Of a stretch of DNA of 64,000 bases, positions 12,631 to 26,030 are shown one piece after another. This stretch comes from Vitrella brassicaformis CCMP3155 (Eukaryota > Protista > Chromerida), in contig CDMY01000491.1 of assembly GCA_001179505.1 (NCBI GenBank), forward strand, positions 2,881 to 66,880, written 5' to 3'. Each line of letters opens with the position of its first letter. Position 1 is the stretch's first letter. Made by a program: the position numbers and the translations under genes. A model generated the notes under the pieces. It saw nothing but the letters and a program-made list of their open reading frames with translations. It made no database searches and was not told where the DNA came from.

Positions 12631-12654
12631 GCCGCGGTGATTCGGGGGAGTTGT

Positions 12655-12705
12655 CCGCAAATTGGGCTAGTGCCAATTTCCGCGAATTGGGCTAGTGCCC
12701 AATTT
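12655..12705. repeat. Tandem pair of palindromes AATTGGGCTAGTGCC(C)AATTT, probable TE terminus; related copy at 38952-38984
   Basis: Two adjacent self-complementary units; the following GTCTTT.AGAAACAACGCGTCCGG also recurs at ~14417. Confidence 0.55.
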
Positions 12706-13249
12706 GCGTCTTTAAGAAACAACGCGTCCGGTCAGACAAAACGTTCGATCACGATCGTATGGAAGAGAAAAGAAATATCGATAGCGGTGTTGTGTTGGGG
12801 CGATGGACGGGGCTGGGGTGTTCTCATCGAATGAGTGAGCATGACCTATGTGCATAGGCATATGTGGATAGATTCATCGGGACGGTGTGTGGACAAATGA
12901 GTGCATGGATGCGATCGGTTAATAGCGGTGTTGTGTTGCTCGCACTACTACAGACACGTCAATCTGTCGAACAGCTTCGTGTTTTTTTGCCACGTTTGGA
13001 TCAGTGCGTCAAACTGATGTGCCCTAAAGCGGCAAGTTATTGAAAAAGCTTGGCGGTCAGGCCGTCTAGGGTGCTTCCTGAAACCGCTGCTGCCTGAAAA
13101 AGATCGCGCTTGCTTCGCGGAGAAAGTCAACGAACAAGGGTATCTCTGGGCGCGAACTTCTTAAAAATGCATCAACTGACTGAACACACGAAACGCGCCA
13201 GTTTGTGGTGGATGGGATGTTTCTCCCTTGTCCGGTCATGCAGCTGGTT

Positions 13250-14330
13250 GAGCTTGGTCCTTCTTGGGTGCCTTTTCGCAGGTCCGTCAGTGCGCATCAA
13301 CTTTGTCGAGCTTCTGGCCGACTATCGTGTAGTGGATATGCTTGCAAGACTCCTCTCTGCAAATGCGGTCACCATCGACTGTCTGCTGCTTCCCGCTTGG
13401 CGCCGCAGCCTCTTCTCGCCGCTCTCGAAGTCATCGAAGAGGTGCAGGAGCGAATCGACTGTCGAGCCTTCGATAGTATCTGCAGCTACGCCGGTAGGTG
13501 CTGCCAGACACAGCCAGTGTCGGCATTGCAGTTCAGCAAAGTAGGCCTTCACGGCTGCTTTGATGACGTGTGTTTTGCCAGTGCCGCCCTCGCCGGTCAG
13601 GCACATGCGCAATGACGCGACGTATTTGTTGTCCCGCAGGTCTTTGTCGTGGTTCAGCAAGTGGCTGCAGATGATTTGGAACGCCCGCATCTGCTCTTTG
13701 TTCAATCGGTCACGGCTCGCCCACTGAACAGAGAAGATCCTGTCGTCGACCGTCAGGCGGCTTGAATGCGGACGCCGGCTGCGCCAGCAGTCGAGTGAAG
13801 TCGGCAGCATTCATCGAGTGACCACCGTGTGTGAAGAGATTCGACTCGAAGAGAAGCTACTCACTCAGAAGGCTTTCTTCATCTGACGTGGCGCGGCTGT
13901 GGCCATTTCATTTACCTTGTTGCGTTGCTGGTGCAGGTCATCGTTGGGCTGATCCTGGCGGCTCCCATTTGATTGACAAGCCGATTGATAGTCATCGAAG
14001 GCAGTCTTCAATAGCCCCTTCAACAGGCGCGCTAGATTGATACATGTCTATTGATATCATCGCTGGATATCGATAGGTTCACATCCAATTGCATCCAGCC
14101 ATGCATTGATATGCTTCGCGAAGCACGTCTTCAACACGAGCGCAGCAGGAGCGGCAACATGGGGGGTGTCTTTTGTTCTTGGTGCAGCCCTCTGAGTACC
14201 TGCATGTTATCGCCACATCTGTCTTCACGTCTGTCTTCAAGATCTGTATGTTTTTCAAGCTCTCGCCATTGTTGTCTGCATGTTTTTGAAACTCTCGCCA
14301 TTGTTGCATGCGTCTCTGTGACGCTGCATT
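13250..14330 (-). mobile_element. Helitron/Helentron-type PIF1 helicase relic, copy 1
   Basis: LNKEQMRAFQII..H...LRMCLTGEGGTGKTHVIKA...LAAPTGVAADTIEGSTVDSLL (PIF1 motifs I, Ia, Ib); ORF truncated. Confidence 0.8.
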
Positions 14331-15244
14331 GAACCACCACTTCGCACGCTACTTTCCACCCCCGCCCAATTCGCGGCCCGGGGTGCCCACGCAGTGGGTG
14401 CCCCTTACTCGGAATGCGTCTTTATGAAACAACGCGTCCGGCAGACAAAACGTGATCTTATGAGAGGAAAAGGCAAATCAGTAGCCGTGACATGTTGCTT
14501 CTACATGCTATGGACACGGCAATGCATCAAAGAAGCTTTGTGTTTTTGTGTTACGTCTGGACAAAGTGGGCATGTAGCGTGCCTGCCTTCGGGCAGGCGT
14601 GTCCGTAAAACAGTAAATGCGAATGTTTAGGAAAAACATGAAACCAGACGGGTTGCCATATTTTTTTTCCTTTGTTCGGCTGCCGAACGACATGCGAATG
14701 GCATCAGAAGCGAGAGCATGCTGTCTAGTTTTGCTTAACCGAAACAGCTCTCACATACACTGGCTGGCCACCTGGAGATGGGCGGTATGTACGTATGGAG
14801 TCATGGTGCACCACGCACGCACGCACGCCGCCTTCAGGTTGCTGGGGTGGCGCGTGTGCCACGTAGTGTGCCTGGTTGCCGTCGTTCGCAGCGCCTTGCA
14901 TTTGCACCTGCTTGCTGCATCTGCCCTCTGCGTGCTGCGTGTTGCGTGTCCGTGTTGCATGTTAGGGTGCGTGTTTTCATGTTGGACAGACCATAGGGGA
15001 CGTCAGGCCGCCTAGGGTGCTGCCTGAAACCGCTGCTGCCTGCACGCATCGGAATTCCACGAGGAAAGAACCCCGCCTTCGTGTTTGGACTCATAGATCA
15101 GGTGTCTGGTCGACCCCCTTCATTTCAACGTTCATAGGTGATGATCACTGAACGTTTAACTGTCTGGGCAAGTGATGAAAGGCTGGTAACACAAAAACGA
15201 ATCCACACAGGATCATACTCTGTCCAAACGAATCATCGCCATCC

Positions 15245-16345
15245 CTTTTGTCCTCATTGGGTGCCTTTTCGCAGGTCCCTCAGCGCCGCATCGGCTTTGT
15301 CAAGCTTCTGGCGGTTGACAAAAGAGATCTCGTCGACTATCATGTAGTGGACATGCTTCGAACATGCGGTTATCATCGATTGTCTGCTGCTTCACCGCTT
15401 GGCGCCGCAGCCTCCTCTCGCCGCTCTCGAAGTCATCGAAGAGGTGCAGAAGCGAATCGATGGTCGAGCTTGTGATGTTATCTGCAGCCACACCGGTAAG
15501 TGCCGCCAGACACAGCCAATGTCTGCATTGCACATCAGCAAGGTGAGCCTTCACAGTTTTGGTGACGGTCTTGCAGGTGCCGCCCGCACCGGTCATGCGC
15601 AATGGCGCGATGTATTTGGTGTCCCTCAGGTCTTTCTAGTGGTTCAGCAACTGGCTGCAGATGATTTGGAACGCCCGTATCTGCTCTTTGTTCAATCGGT
15701 AACGGCTCGCCCACTGAACAGAGAAGGTCCTGTCGTCGGAACGGCTTGAATGCGGACGCCGGCTGCGCCAGCAATCGAGTGAAGTCGGCAGCATTCATCG
15801 AGTGACCACCGTGTGAAGAGATTTGACTCGAAGAGAAGCTACTCACTCAGAAGGCTTTCTTCATCTGACGTGGCGCGGCTGTGGCCGGTTTCACTTAGCT
15901 TGTTGCGTTGCTGGTGCAGGTCATCGTTGGGCTGATCCTGGCGGCTCCCATTTGATTGACAAGCCGATTGATAGTCATCGAAGGCAGTCTTCAACAGCCC
16001 CTTCAACAGGCGCGCTAGATTGATACATGTCTATTGATATCATCGCTGGATATCGATAGGTTCACACCAATTGCATCCAGCGATGCATTGATATACTTGG
16101 CGAAGCACGTCTTCAACACGGGCGCAGCAGGAGCGGCAACATGGGGGTGTCTTTTGTTCTTGGTGCAGCCACTCTGAGTACCTGCATGTTATCGCCACGT
16201 CTGTTTTTCAAGATCTGCATGCTTTTTAAGCTCTCGCCATTGTGGTCTGCATATTTCTGAAACTCTCGCCATTGTTGCATGCCTCGGTGTAGTTCTCGCC
16301 AGCACTCGTGCTGTGCTGTGCACGTCTCTGTGACGCATAATTGAA
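15245..16345 (-). mobile_element. Helitron/Helentron-type PIF1 helicase relic, copy 2 (more decayed)
   Basis: Direct repeat of 13250-14330; Walker A mutated to GAGGTCKT, APT mutated to ALT, plus a frameshift. Confidence 0.75.
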
Positions 16346-17204
16346 CCACCTGCTCGCCGCCTGTGTATGAGCTGTCTTTGAGACGAGCTGTGCCTAGTGG
16401 AGAACGATATGTGAAGTGATTGTCCGTTGGTCGACGATTTGGAGACACGAAGAAGAGGCTTTCACTTGTAACACACGAAGGTCTGTCCACACGCTACACA
16501 CACATGCACACGAACACGCACGCGATGTCAATCACAGTATCAGTGAGGCGCGTCGGCAGCCACGCAGAATTCGAATCGACTCTCTCTCTCGTCTTGAGAG
16601 TCGCCAGGGAAGGTCGTTTGGAACGACGGGAGTGCTGGAGGGGAAGCAGAAAGGTGAGAGGCAAGATCACTATCAGATCTCGCCCGGGATTACTGGGATG
16701 GCCACCAATCGTGATGAGAACAACAAAGAACGGCTAGAATGATCACCGGAAGGGAAAACAAACGAAAGAACGCTCGTTTGTTGTAGATTGGTGAGGAAAA
16801 AAAAAGGCGATCCCCCTCAGTCTGCGCGCTCATCGTAGGGTAAGAGGACCGGAGCGATGTGGATTTCCACATCGCTCGTTTGCGAGCTGCATTGCTTCTC
16901 TTCCGTTTCTCTCTACCCTAAGCCCCTGTACTCATGCGGAGGAATGAATGAATTTTGGAGGGAAGAAGGGCCATCATCGACCCATTTTCACGTCAAAGTC
17001 ACAAAAAGAGGAAGCGACAGAAGCGACAGTGCGGCGCACTGATGGATGGAACGACAATGGCGGCCCAGAGTCTTCCCTCCCTTCATTAGCGCAGCGGTAT
17101 ACACCACGACATGCGCACGAGAAAACCCTTGATTCACTTCCATACTCATGATTGACGTGTCATCTCATGCACCCTGCAACACACCACGTCGCACGCTGCT
17201 TTCG

Positions 17205-17262
17205 ACCCCCGCCGAATTCGCGGCCCGGGGTGCCCACGCAGTGGGTGCCCCTTACTCGGAAT
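17205..17262. repeat. GC-rich hairpin-containing repeat, duplicate of 14360-14415
   Basis: CCCCCGCC.AATTCGCGGCCCGGGGTGCCCACGCAGTGGGTGCCCCTTACTCGGAAT occurs twice. Confidence 0.7.
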
Positions 17263-19429
17263 CCCGAATAATATTGAGGAGGTGCTCGAAAGCCGCAAGG
17301 ATAAGTCCAGAGGACAGACGGAAACCGAATTCGTCGAATGAACGGATTCGCGCAACGCATAAGTGCATGCGTTCAGCCATTCACACAAATGCTATCAATC
17401 CGTCAGAGAATTCATCCCTCTCATCGTCCCCGCCATCATTCCAACAAGTCGGTCATCACACACCCAGAGCTCCACGTGTCCCTTTTGGGTAATCTTGATA
17501 CCTACGAGGTCTCACGGTATCCAGAGGGATGGTGTAATAAAGGTCCCACCTTCTCTCTGCCCCTGGCGCGCTTCCCTGGTGAGACAAGCAAAGAGAAAGG
17601 GAAACGAATCGACACACAGACGTGGAGACCGAGGCGCCTTTTCTGCTTTCAGCCTTCTTACCCGTCGTCTGTCAAAGCAACAGCCTTGTCAAACGAATCC
17701 GACTCCCCCCAACCACCTCTAGCGCCGATCCCTCCCACTACCGCACATCCACCACACCCTCTTCATACCTTGGCACTCGGCGGCGCGGGCCGGTGGATGC
17801 CCAGCCGAGACTCCCTCATCTGACGAATGAACAGACTAAGTCTTTGACCATTCATTCAGTCTTAGACTTCGTTGCACACAACGAGGAGGTCCCCAAGTGT
17901 AGTCTCGATCGCTGTCTGGTTCCGTTTACTGAGCGCTTTATGCCGCCCGCTATTCCGCCCACATATGCGGGCGGAAGAGGCAAATTGACCCAGTGCACTT
18001 CCCTGTCCGTCTGTCGGATGCGTGGTGTGTCGCCGCCTGCTTGAGCACCCACCCAGTGAACCTCGTCCTTGTATTTACCGTTGGCGTGGTGTGTCGACCT
18101 TGCGGCAGGTATGCTAGCGATGCCACAACGTCACCTGCTGCAAGGCGGACCGCATCATCTTCTTGTCAGAAGCATACAAGCGCCCTGAATGAGACGCACA
18201 ACAAGCAACCGAGACACAATGACAATGGTCGGTGGCGGTGTGGTGTGCTCCTCTCTGATGCCGCTGTGTGTTCCTCGACCACTCATTCACTCATCGACCA
18301 ACTCATCGAGGTGACCTGAGCAGGTGAGTTTCACCTGCTGCCGGGCCCCCAGCAACCCAGCGGCCCCCCCCNNNNNNNNNNNNNNNNNNNNNNNNNNNNN
18401 NNNNNNNNNNNNNNNNNNNNNNNNNNNNNNNNNNNNNNNNNNNNNNNNNNNNNNNNNNNNNNNNNNNNNNNNNNNNNNNNNNNNNNNNNNNNNNNNNNNN
18501 NNNNNNNNNNNNNNNNNNNNNNNNNNNNNNNNNNNNNNNNNNNNNNNNNNNNNNNNNNNNNNNNNNNNNNNNNNNNNNNNNNNNNNNNNNNNNNNNNNNN
18601 NNNNNNNNNNNNNNNNNNNNNNNNNNNNNNNNNNNNNNNNNNNNNNNNNNNNNNNNNNNNNNNNNNNNNNNGGCCCCCCCCCCCCCCCCCCCCCTGACTT
18701 TCGTTGTAGCTTGTGCCTTCTCGGCGTTCTGATTTCTTATGTAGCACAGCAGGATGACCCAGCCCACCACACGATGCGCCCCGTCGGCGATGGAGAGGCG
18801 GGTGCGGACCGCGACCTCGCCCTTGCACACCAGCGCTACACACCCAGTGCACTACCGGGCTCTCGCCGTCAGCTAGGCGACGAATGACATCACCCACCTT
18901 TGTACTATCTGCACGCCCTTGTTCAGCTCCTGCACGTTGGTGACCCCTTCATCAAACGCCAGCGTGTTGAGAGAGTATTTCCCGTCCATGTGGATGGCTT
19001 TCATGTGCAGGAACGAAGTGCTGAGGATGCCGGTGAAGACGGTCTTGCCTCGCTGGATGGCCTTGCGCTGCTACACTGAACTCGAGGATGGATGCGTCGA
19101 AATGCCTCTCCAACGTGCACAAAGTCTTCATCCAGTCTTACAACACACAGCCAGCCGTGGAGAAGTACACAAATGGCGCGATAAATGTGGCCTTCCCCCC
19201 CGTGACATCGCAGCTATCGCCGCCCAGCGTCTCGCTTGTCTTCATTGCATTCATGTGTCGTGGATTGCGTTGCGAAAGGACATGGACTGGAATACAATTG
19301 GGAAATATCATGTCCTGTCGCAACATACGTGGTCCCGAGCAGTTAGGAACATGAATGCACATACCATCACACATATAATTCAGAATTGTGTACCCGACAT
19401 TTTGTCACTACATAACGAGAACACACGAG

Positions 19430-21896
19430 TCACAGTTTTCTGATCTGGATCTGCGACCCAGCAACATCAGCGGAACCGACAGTCAAGTCGCGATCACCCT
19501 AACAGACCAGCAAATATGAGAACAGATAGAACAGAGTTGTTGTGTGTGTGTCTTTTTTTCTGGCGCCCATTGACCAACCCACCTCCAGCATGACTTTGAG
19601 TGAGGTCCTGCCCATGATTGCCGGCTCAATGTCCTTGAGGGGCAGGTTCGCATATAGCGCACAGTACTTGAGCACGTCGAGCAGGGCATCGCTCTTGCGG
19701 AACCGACGCACCACCTGCTTCCCTTCGAAGCGGAATCGCATCTTCACCGACTCCGGGTCAGACTCTAAGCGAGACAACAGCCACCCATCCAAGAAAAGAC
19801 ACAGCATAACGCCATCCCTTCTTCCATGACCTTGTGGCTCTGCAGGTATCTCAGTCGGATCCACTTTCTCGTAGTGCTTGAGTGCCTCGTCAGCCATGAG
19901 GTTGTCCGGGTCGAGATCGATGGGCTCGTCCTCCCTTCCCTCATCCCCGTATTCCTCCGAGACCCCCTTGTTGCTCTTCCCCCCACCCGGTGGTACCATG
20001 CCGTTGGCCGTAGCCCCGGGCGCATTCGCAGCTGAGACACTGGCGTCCTGGGAGCCGACACCTGTGACCTCCGGAGGGCATACGTTGCTTGCTGCAGAAG
20101 TACCCTGAGGAATGGATGAACAAAAAGTTCACTGTTGATGCACATGCAAACTTCGGTTTCTGCAAGTCAGCTGTCTCGCCTGTGGTTTAAAATCTGATCC
20201 GCTGCGGTGCAAGTTGTTCTTGTCGAGGAATGATGTCACTGGGCAAGGCAGCGAAACAGAAGCGTAATGTGCGTGATAAGTGTCGGTTCATGCATATCTG
20301 TGTAACCTACGGAAGTCTGCAGCAGCCACAGCCGTGCTGAACTTCTTCGGCTCCCACGACTGTACCTGTCGTCCTGTCCGCGGATCTAACACAGCTATCA
20401 CGGGATACGAGCGAGGCTGCAACGCACAAAGCAAATTTGTGAATGAGTGTCGTGCATTCTTGACTTCTAGACGACCGGATATCGCTGGATGAAGAGTTGG
20501 CCCTCAGCGGTGTCAGAGGGACGCTGGAAGCCAATCACAAAGCGTGAAGATATCCGCTGGATATCAGTGGATGCCGTGAGGTATCATCTTCACCTGCCAG
20601 AATATAAACGAACTCTGGATAATGTCCTTGACCGTCTCATCAGACCACACATCGCGATTCAACTGAATCCGACCAGAGAAAATGTTGCCATCCTGTTGCC
20701 TGCATTGCTGCTTCCACTACTCACCTCGAGCGACAGGAATTCATCGTGTTTCTGTATGTTTACCAGCACCCACTTGTCCTGACGTTTGGCCTCCTCCAGT
20801 GCCTAATCAGCGACTCACATGAAGACAGCGCCAGTTCACCGAGCTTCTCTTTACCTTTGTCGGGGCTTACCGTTTTGAGGTCCGATACGTACAGGAGATC
20901 CTTCGGGGGTCGGAACATCTGACCCCAGGCTGATTACCACAACAATGCAGACAGGATGAGATGTGAATGCATGTCAGTGCTAGCTACTAGGATTTACCCT
21001 CCTCTCCTGGGTTGGCCGGCTCTCCAAAGTTCATCATGGCGTCCAGAGCCACTGGCAAAGTACACACGACCACAGAGGTGGATACGGACGTACACGGCGT
21101 CTGATCGCTCACTGTCTGCTGCTCGATTGGCTTCCATGCCCATCCGATGCGGGCCAGAATCTGCTACAATGCCAAGGCACGTGAGCGAACATTGGTCGGT
21201 TTTGGTCCAGGGAGATTCCTGTCTTACCGATGAGTCTATCCCTGTATTGAGGCATGGGTGCCCTCACGTCGTCCTCGTCCACCATTCCCTGCGCGTCAGC
21301 CAGCAGTTGTGGAGGTATGTCATCATCCGCTATCCTGCCGCGGCCGTCACCACCATTCACTTGTCCTCCCGCCCGCTGCTGCTCCATCGATGAGAGCACT
21401 TGTCGGAGAGCCGAAGGGATGCCGGCGGGGACGGCAGACGCCGCAAGATCGTGGGGACCCCGAACACTGGAAATTGCATGCACCATCGGTTGCGGCATTG
21501 ATTGGACTGGCGCGCGCGTCACATGATCTCTCTCACCCAGTCATCTGCACGTCGTCATCGTCGTTTTCGCGGTGGTTGGCTGCCGAGTTTGCCTCGAGAA
21601 CAGGGGCTGCAGGAGAGGGACCGCCAATCGAGTACTCGAAGTACAACTGCACAGCACGCTCGGGATCACCACCGCTCATCTAACCAACGATGGAAGACAA
21701 CACGAGTGGACAAAGGCTCCGCGAGTGGCGTAACGTGCGGTTTCTCACCTCGAGATAGTGAGCGGCAGCATCTTGCTGAGCACCTGTGACGTCCATCACA
21801 AAGCAACCACATCATGGAGATATGCATCACTGCCCTACGGATCCCACCTGTGACTTGCATGACGGTGGCAACGGGATCAGGCTCTTCTTGCTCCAT
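19430..21896 (-). CDS. UBA-UAS-UBX domain protein (UBXN7/Ubx5/PUX7-like p97 cofactor), multi-exon
   Basis: UBA-like MQVTG..AAHYLEMSGGDPERAVQLYFE; DDVRAPMPQYRDRLIG; UAS MFRPPKDLL..AKRQDKWVLVNIQ..LNRDVWSDETVKDIIQSSFIFWQ; UBX MRFRFEGKQVVRRFRKSD. Confidence 0.85.
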
Positions 21897-21958
21897 AGCT
21901 ACCCTGGGTTTTTTGGTAGGGCATAATTCCGTGAAATCGCAGGCACTCCTGGCGCATA

Positions 21959-23943
21959 ATGGGGAATTTTGCCTGTCCGGGCTTTTTCGCCGGCGGAGTC
22001 CACAGCAAATACGAGATGGGGAAACGCCTTGGTGTTGGTCGTTTTGGGGAGGTCTGAATGCAACGAGAGAGCTTACAACAAACGATGATTTATGTGTGTC
22101 GGTAGGTCGTCGAGGTGTGGGATAGAAAGGATCCAACGAAAAAATATGCCATGAAAGTGCGCAAGAGGGGAGCGCTTCAATGGACACATGGGATTCAGTT
22201 TCTGTTTCAGATGTCTCCTCCCATTGATGAGACAATGCGGGAACGACTCAGGACTGAAGTGCGGATCATGCAGCATCTCGGTCGGCATCGCGGCCTCGTC
22301 AGCCTTATCGACTATGAGGAAACAGCAAACGGGAGCTTCAAATTGGTGCTAGACTTGTAAGTGAATACATGGAAGGACTCACCACGGGTTCACACGATTT
22401 CGAGATATGCCGGCGCGTACACCAGGTGCGAGGGCGGAGAGCTGTACGACCGGATTCACAAGAAAGGCTGCTATTCCGAGCGTGAAGCCAAAATAGTCCT
22501 CGGACACTTGGTACACGAACGAAGGAATCAAGTACACTCAATCGCTGTACACTCAATCGCTGTGAGCTTCTCTGCAGCTTGAAACCATTTCCTTCATGCA
22601 CAGCAGAGGCGTAATGCACAGAGACCTGAAGGTGGGTTGGAATTCGGAGTTCTTTTATTCCGACTCGTCTCGCTTTGTCCGTCTATTAGCCTGAGAACAT
22701 TTTGCTGACAAGCAGAGAGAGCGATGTGGATGTGAAGATATCGGACCTAGGACTAGCCAAGATCAGGTGCCCAGGAATAGCCATTACACTCGTGCAATAG
22801 AGTACGTAATCGTCGTTCCTTCGCAGCGACTCGGGTAGCTTCCCAAGAGCGAAGTCCATCTGCGGGTCAGATTACTATCTCGCTCCAGAAGTCATCGAGC
22901 AGCAAGAGTACGGGAAAGAGGTACAGGCAAGAAATACGAGCGGCAAAGCAAAGAATTAATTGCCCTCTTTCAGATTGATATATGGGCTCTTGGTGTCGTG
23001 ACATATGTGCTGCTCTCCGGATCGCTTCCCTTCTTTCACAACCGACACCTGCACAAGCTGTATCGGCAGATCGTGGAACGGGACATCAGGTACCTGGCTC
23101 ATACACCAAGAAGCAATGGCGACCCGATATCGACGCGGCCTTTTAATCAACTGCTCCTTGCAGTTTCCCGTCTTCTCAGTGGGGTAATGTGTCCAAGGGC
23201 GCACAAGATTTCATCCTACGCATGCTGCATGTCCAGCCGGAGATGAGAATGACGGTCAGAACAGGAAAATCGCAGTGACTGTATCCAGGTCCCCTCTCCC
23301 TGCTGTTTTCTCTCAGGCAGAGCAGGCTCTCCAGCATCCATGGCTCCGGGGTGTGCCCTCACCCTTCGCGACACTGCCTCCCAAAAGCGTCTCAGACGAC
23401 ACCGAGTCACGATGCGCTCATGCAGTCACGGTTGCTCGTGATGGAGATAATGAGCTGAAAGCATTGTCTACTAGCTCATCGGCCGTGGAACGTTCCAGCG
23501 GATACGAAGGTTCGTGTGACCAAGAACTCAATTGAGTGAATAAAGGCTACCTGTTTTCTCAGGCTCGTCCGTCGTGGAGCAGGCACACACTCATCCAGTG
23601 ATACGGAACATGCAGACGCCTCCAACATTCGACGAATCACATCGCAGCTCGCATGCCTGCCCTTCCGACCAAGGCAACAACTCTGGCAGTCTGCTCAGCT
23701 GTATTCTGCCTGTAGTGAGCTCACTCGCCACAGAGACCGGCCGACATATCGATGCCCTTTTTGTCGACACGTCACACACTCACACTTGCAGACTTCCAGT
23801 ATAGAGGCCGCAGAAAATCCAGTATAGAGGCCGCAGAAAATCATGACAAATTCGGAACCTCTCATGATTTTAATATCAATATCAGTCCCGTGCATCTACC
23901 AGTCCCTCAACACGGGTTTGGGCCCACCGGACGCCTCCAGTAA
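21959..23943 (+). CDS. Ser/Thr protein kinase, CAMK group (no EF-hands seen), multi-exon; 3' end approximate
   Basis: MGNFAC start; LGVGRFGE, YAMKV, EVRIMQHL, CEGGELYDRI, MHRDLKPENILL, ISDLGLAK, CGSDYYLAPEVI, DIWALGV, ALQHPWL. Confidence 0.9.
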
Positions 23944-24362
23944 CACACTGGCTATCTGTCGGTGATTAGAGAGGCCGAGGATGCTCCTGCCCTTTGCGTT
24001 ATACCATTATCATACTCATACCCATACCTGGACCCGTCGTTCGACTTTTTTTGCATCATTTTACCCACCCTAGTACCGCAGCCCGGCCACGCCAGCAGGC
24101 GTCTTGGGACCAAATAACACCTCGAAAACCTCGCAGCGGTACCCGCCTCCACCTGACGGCCACAATGATGTGCGATTTGCAGTGGAAATCTCCTCGAAGC
24201 AACGGGGGCGTCCTTCCGGCAGCAACCACGTCCCTTGCGCTGCCAGTCGTCTGTGTGATGGTGTCTGATCGGTCGTTTGGTCCGTGTTTGGCTTGTCGCA
24301 TGTTTCTGTCATTCATTTCGTATGGTGCGCGTGCCTCTCTGACAGTGTGCGAGTACGTGACA

Positions 24363-24560
24363 GACTCTAGATCAGACGTTCTGGTCGCCCTTGCTTGTGA
24401 CCCCGATGGCGCAGGGCCGCCCGGCTTGTAGCCTCCCCCCGGGCCAGGGGAGGTGGTGTGCCAGGTATATGTTGTGGGTGCGTGTACGTGTCTGTCTTAC
24501 ATGCTCAGTGTCTGTATGTGTGCCATGTCGTGTTGTGTGTGCCAGGTCGATGTGCCTCCC
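24363..24560 (-). repeat. Dispersed repeat family A, copy 2, joined to the GACTCTAGATCAGA motif
   Basis: Reverse complement matches 2011-2155; the 34-nt motif recurs at 37397 and 54191. Confidence 0.75.
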
Positions 24561-26030
24561 CAAACAACAAAGGGCCGCGATCTTGAAGATGTACTTGGGG
24601 GACCAGAGCATGCCTGAGCTTCACCATACATGTATACATGAGACCCCGAGTGCCCGTCTTTTGGCCCGTCTCACCTGCTTGCGCTTTTACCTTACCGAAG
24701 CGGTCTTCCACCCGTCTCTGGACAACTTAGAGTCTCTGATAGGTAGGCTCTTCTGCAGCCTTACCGCCCGGACCTTCTCCTATCCCCAGCGACGTCTGCT
24801 GCCCACGGAAACAGCGGTCGCTGGGGCGGAGGGTGCTCTCGGTAATATTCCTGAAGCTTGAAAGAGCTTCGTAGAGTAGAAAATGTGGTCCCGAGGGGAA
24901 ACATCGGCTTTCAGGGTTTGACTGACATGGTAGCCCGATGGAGATGACCAGTGAGGCCGAGGAGGCTGATGATCCAGAGGGCCGTCAGCCCTTGTCTCCT
25001 TATCAGATTCTTTCTTCCCCTTATCTTTGTCTTTGTCTAATCGGTGTCACCGGGCCCCCCGCAGAAGGTTCCCCCTGGATTTGTGATATTGCGGGAATCA
25101 CTCTTTTGGTTTTCTGGGAGGTTTGCGAGGTTTCAAAAGCAAGTCCAGGGGGTCTGGACACCAATATTAAGTGATTTGGGAGTTTTGGTGTCGCAGGGAC
25201 TTTTCCATGTGTCTTTGTGAAAACTAGGCACCTCGCTCGAGAGACCGCCCATAAAAGATCGCGAAAAGCCCTTTTGCTTGATGAATGAATTTGAAAGGTG
25301 TGTGTACTGGCTGTGCCAGATAGCCATCCAGAACAGCCCTGGCCCTGGTGTCTCGCAGCCGCTCGGCGCGCAGGGCGTCTGTTTTACTCTCTTCGAGTCC
25401 CGAAGTAAAATCCCTTACATTTTCACATCATTCACGTCCAGAAACGATCCCCCAGAGGAAGAAGCTGAAAAAAGAACGCCAATGCGTGGGCGATTTTTTT
25501 TTCATCACTTCGTTTAGTTTATCTACTTTGTTCCCGTGTGCTTGTCCATTGCTTTACGTTGTCCGATTTGGAGGTTCTCTAAGTAATATCCTAAGACCCA
25601 CCTCAGGCCGTACCTAAACCCTAAACCCTAGATCGGGTTCCCCGGGGAAACCTCAATTTGATACTGGCAGACCCTGATACTGGCCGACCCTAATACAAAA
25701 AAGCTTTTGAGCCCTACAAGCCCTTGACTATTTTTGACAGTCCAAACGCCGCAGGCAATAACATATACACATGGCTCTTTTAGAGACACATAAAGCCCTT
25801 CCACGCACCGAGCCCCTACGAGCGGAACGAGTCACGAGCGCAGCGAATGGGGCTAGCGAAAGAGGCCCATCGTTTCGACAAACATATTGCTCGAAAGAAA
25901 GGCGGGCAGTACTTGTTGCCTTGTTACTTATTGCGCGTTCAGCATCACCTGTGGTCAAAAAGCGGCACCAGGCAGACAACGGACAAAAAGGTGGGCTTAA
26001 GCGACTGGCTCGGCACGGGACGTCCTTAAG

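Noticed and set aside
14581-14620. Canonical Helitron 3' end (hairpin + CTRR)
   Set aside because: The hairpin is real, but no CTRR follows at the expected distance on either strand.
24560-24870. Tyrosine-recombinase (DIRS/Crypton) C-terminus
   Set aside because: No convincing H-x-x-R or catalytic Tyr motif in any frame.
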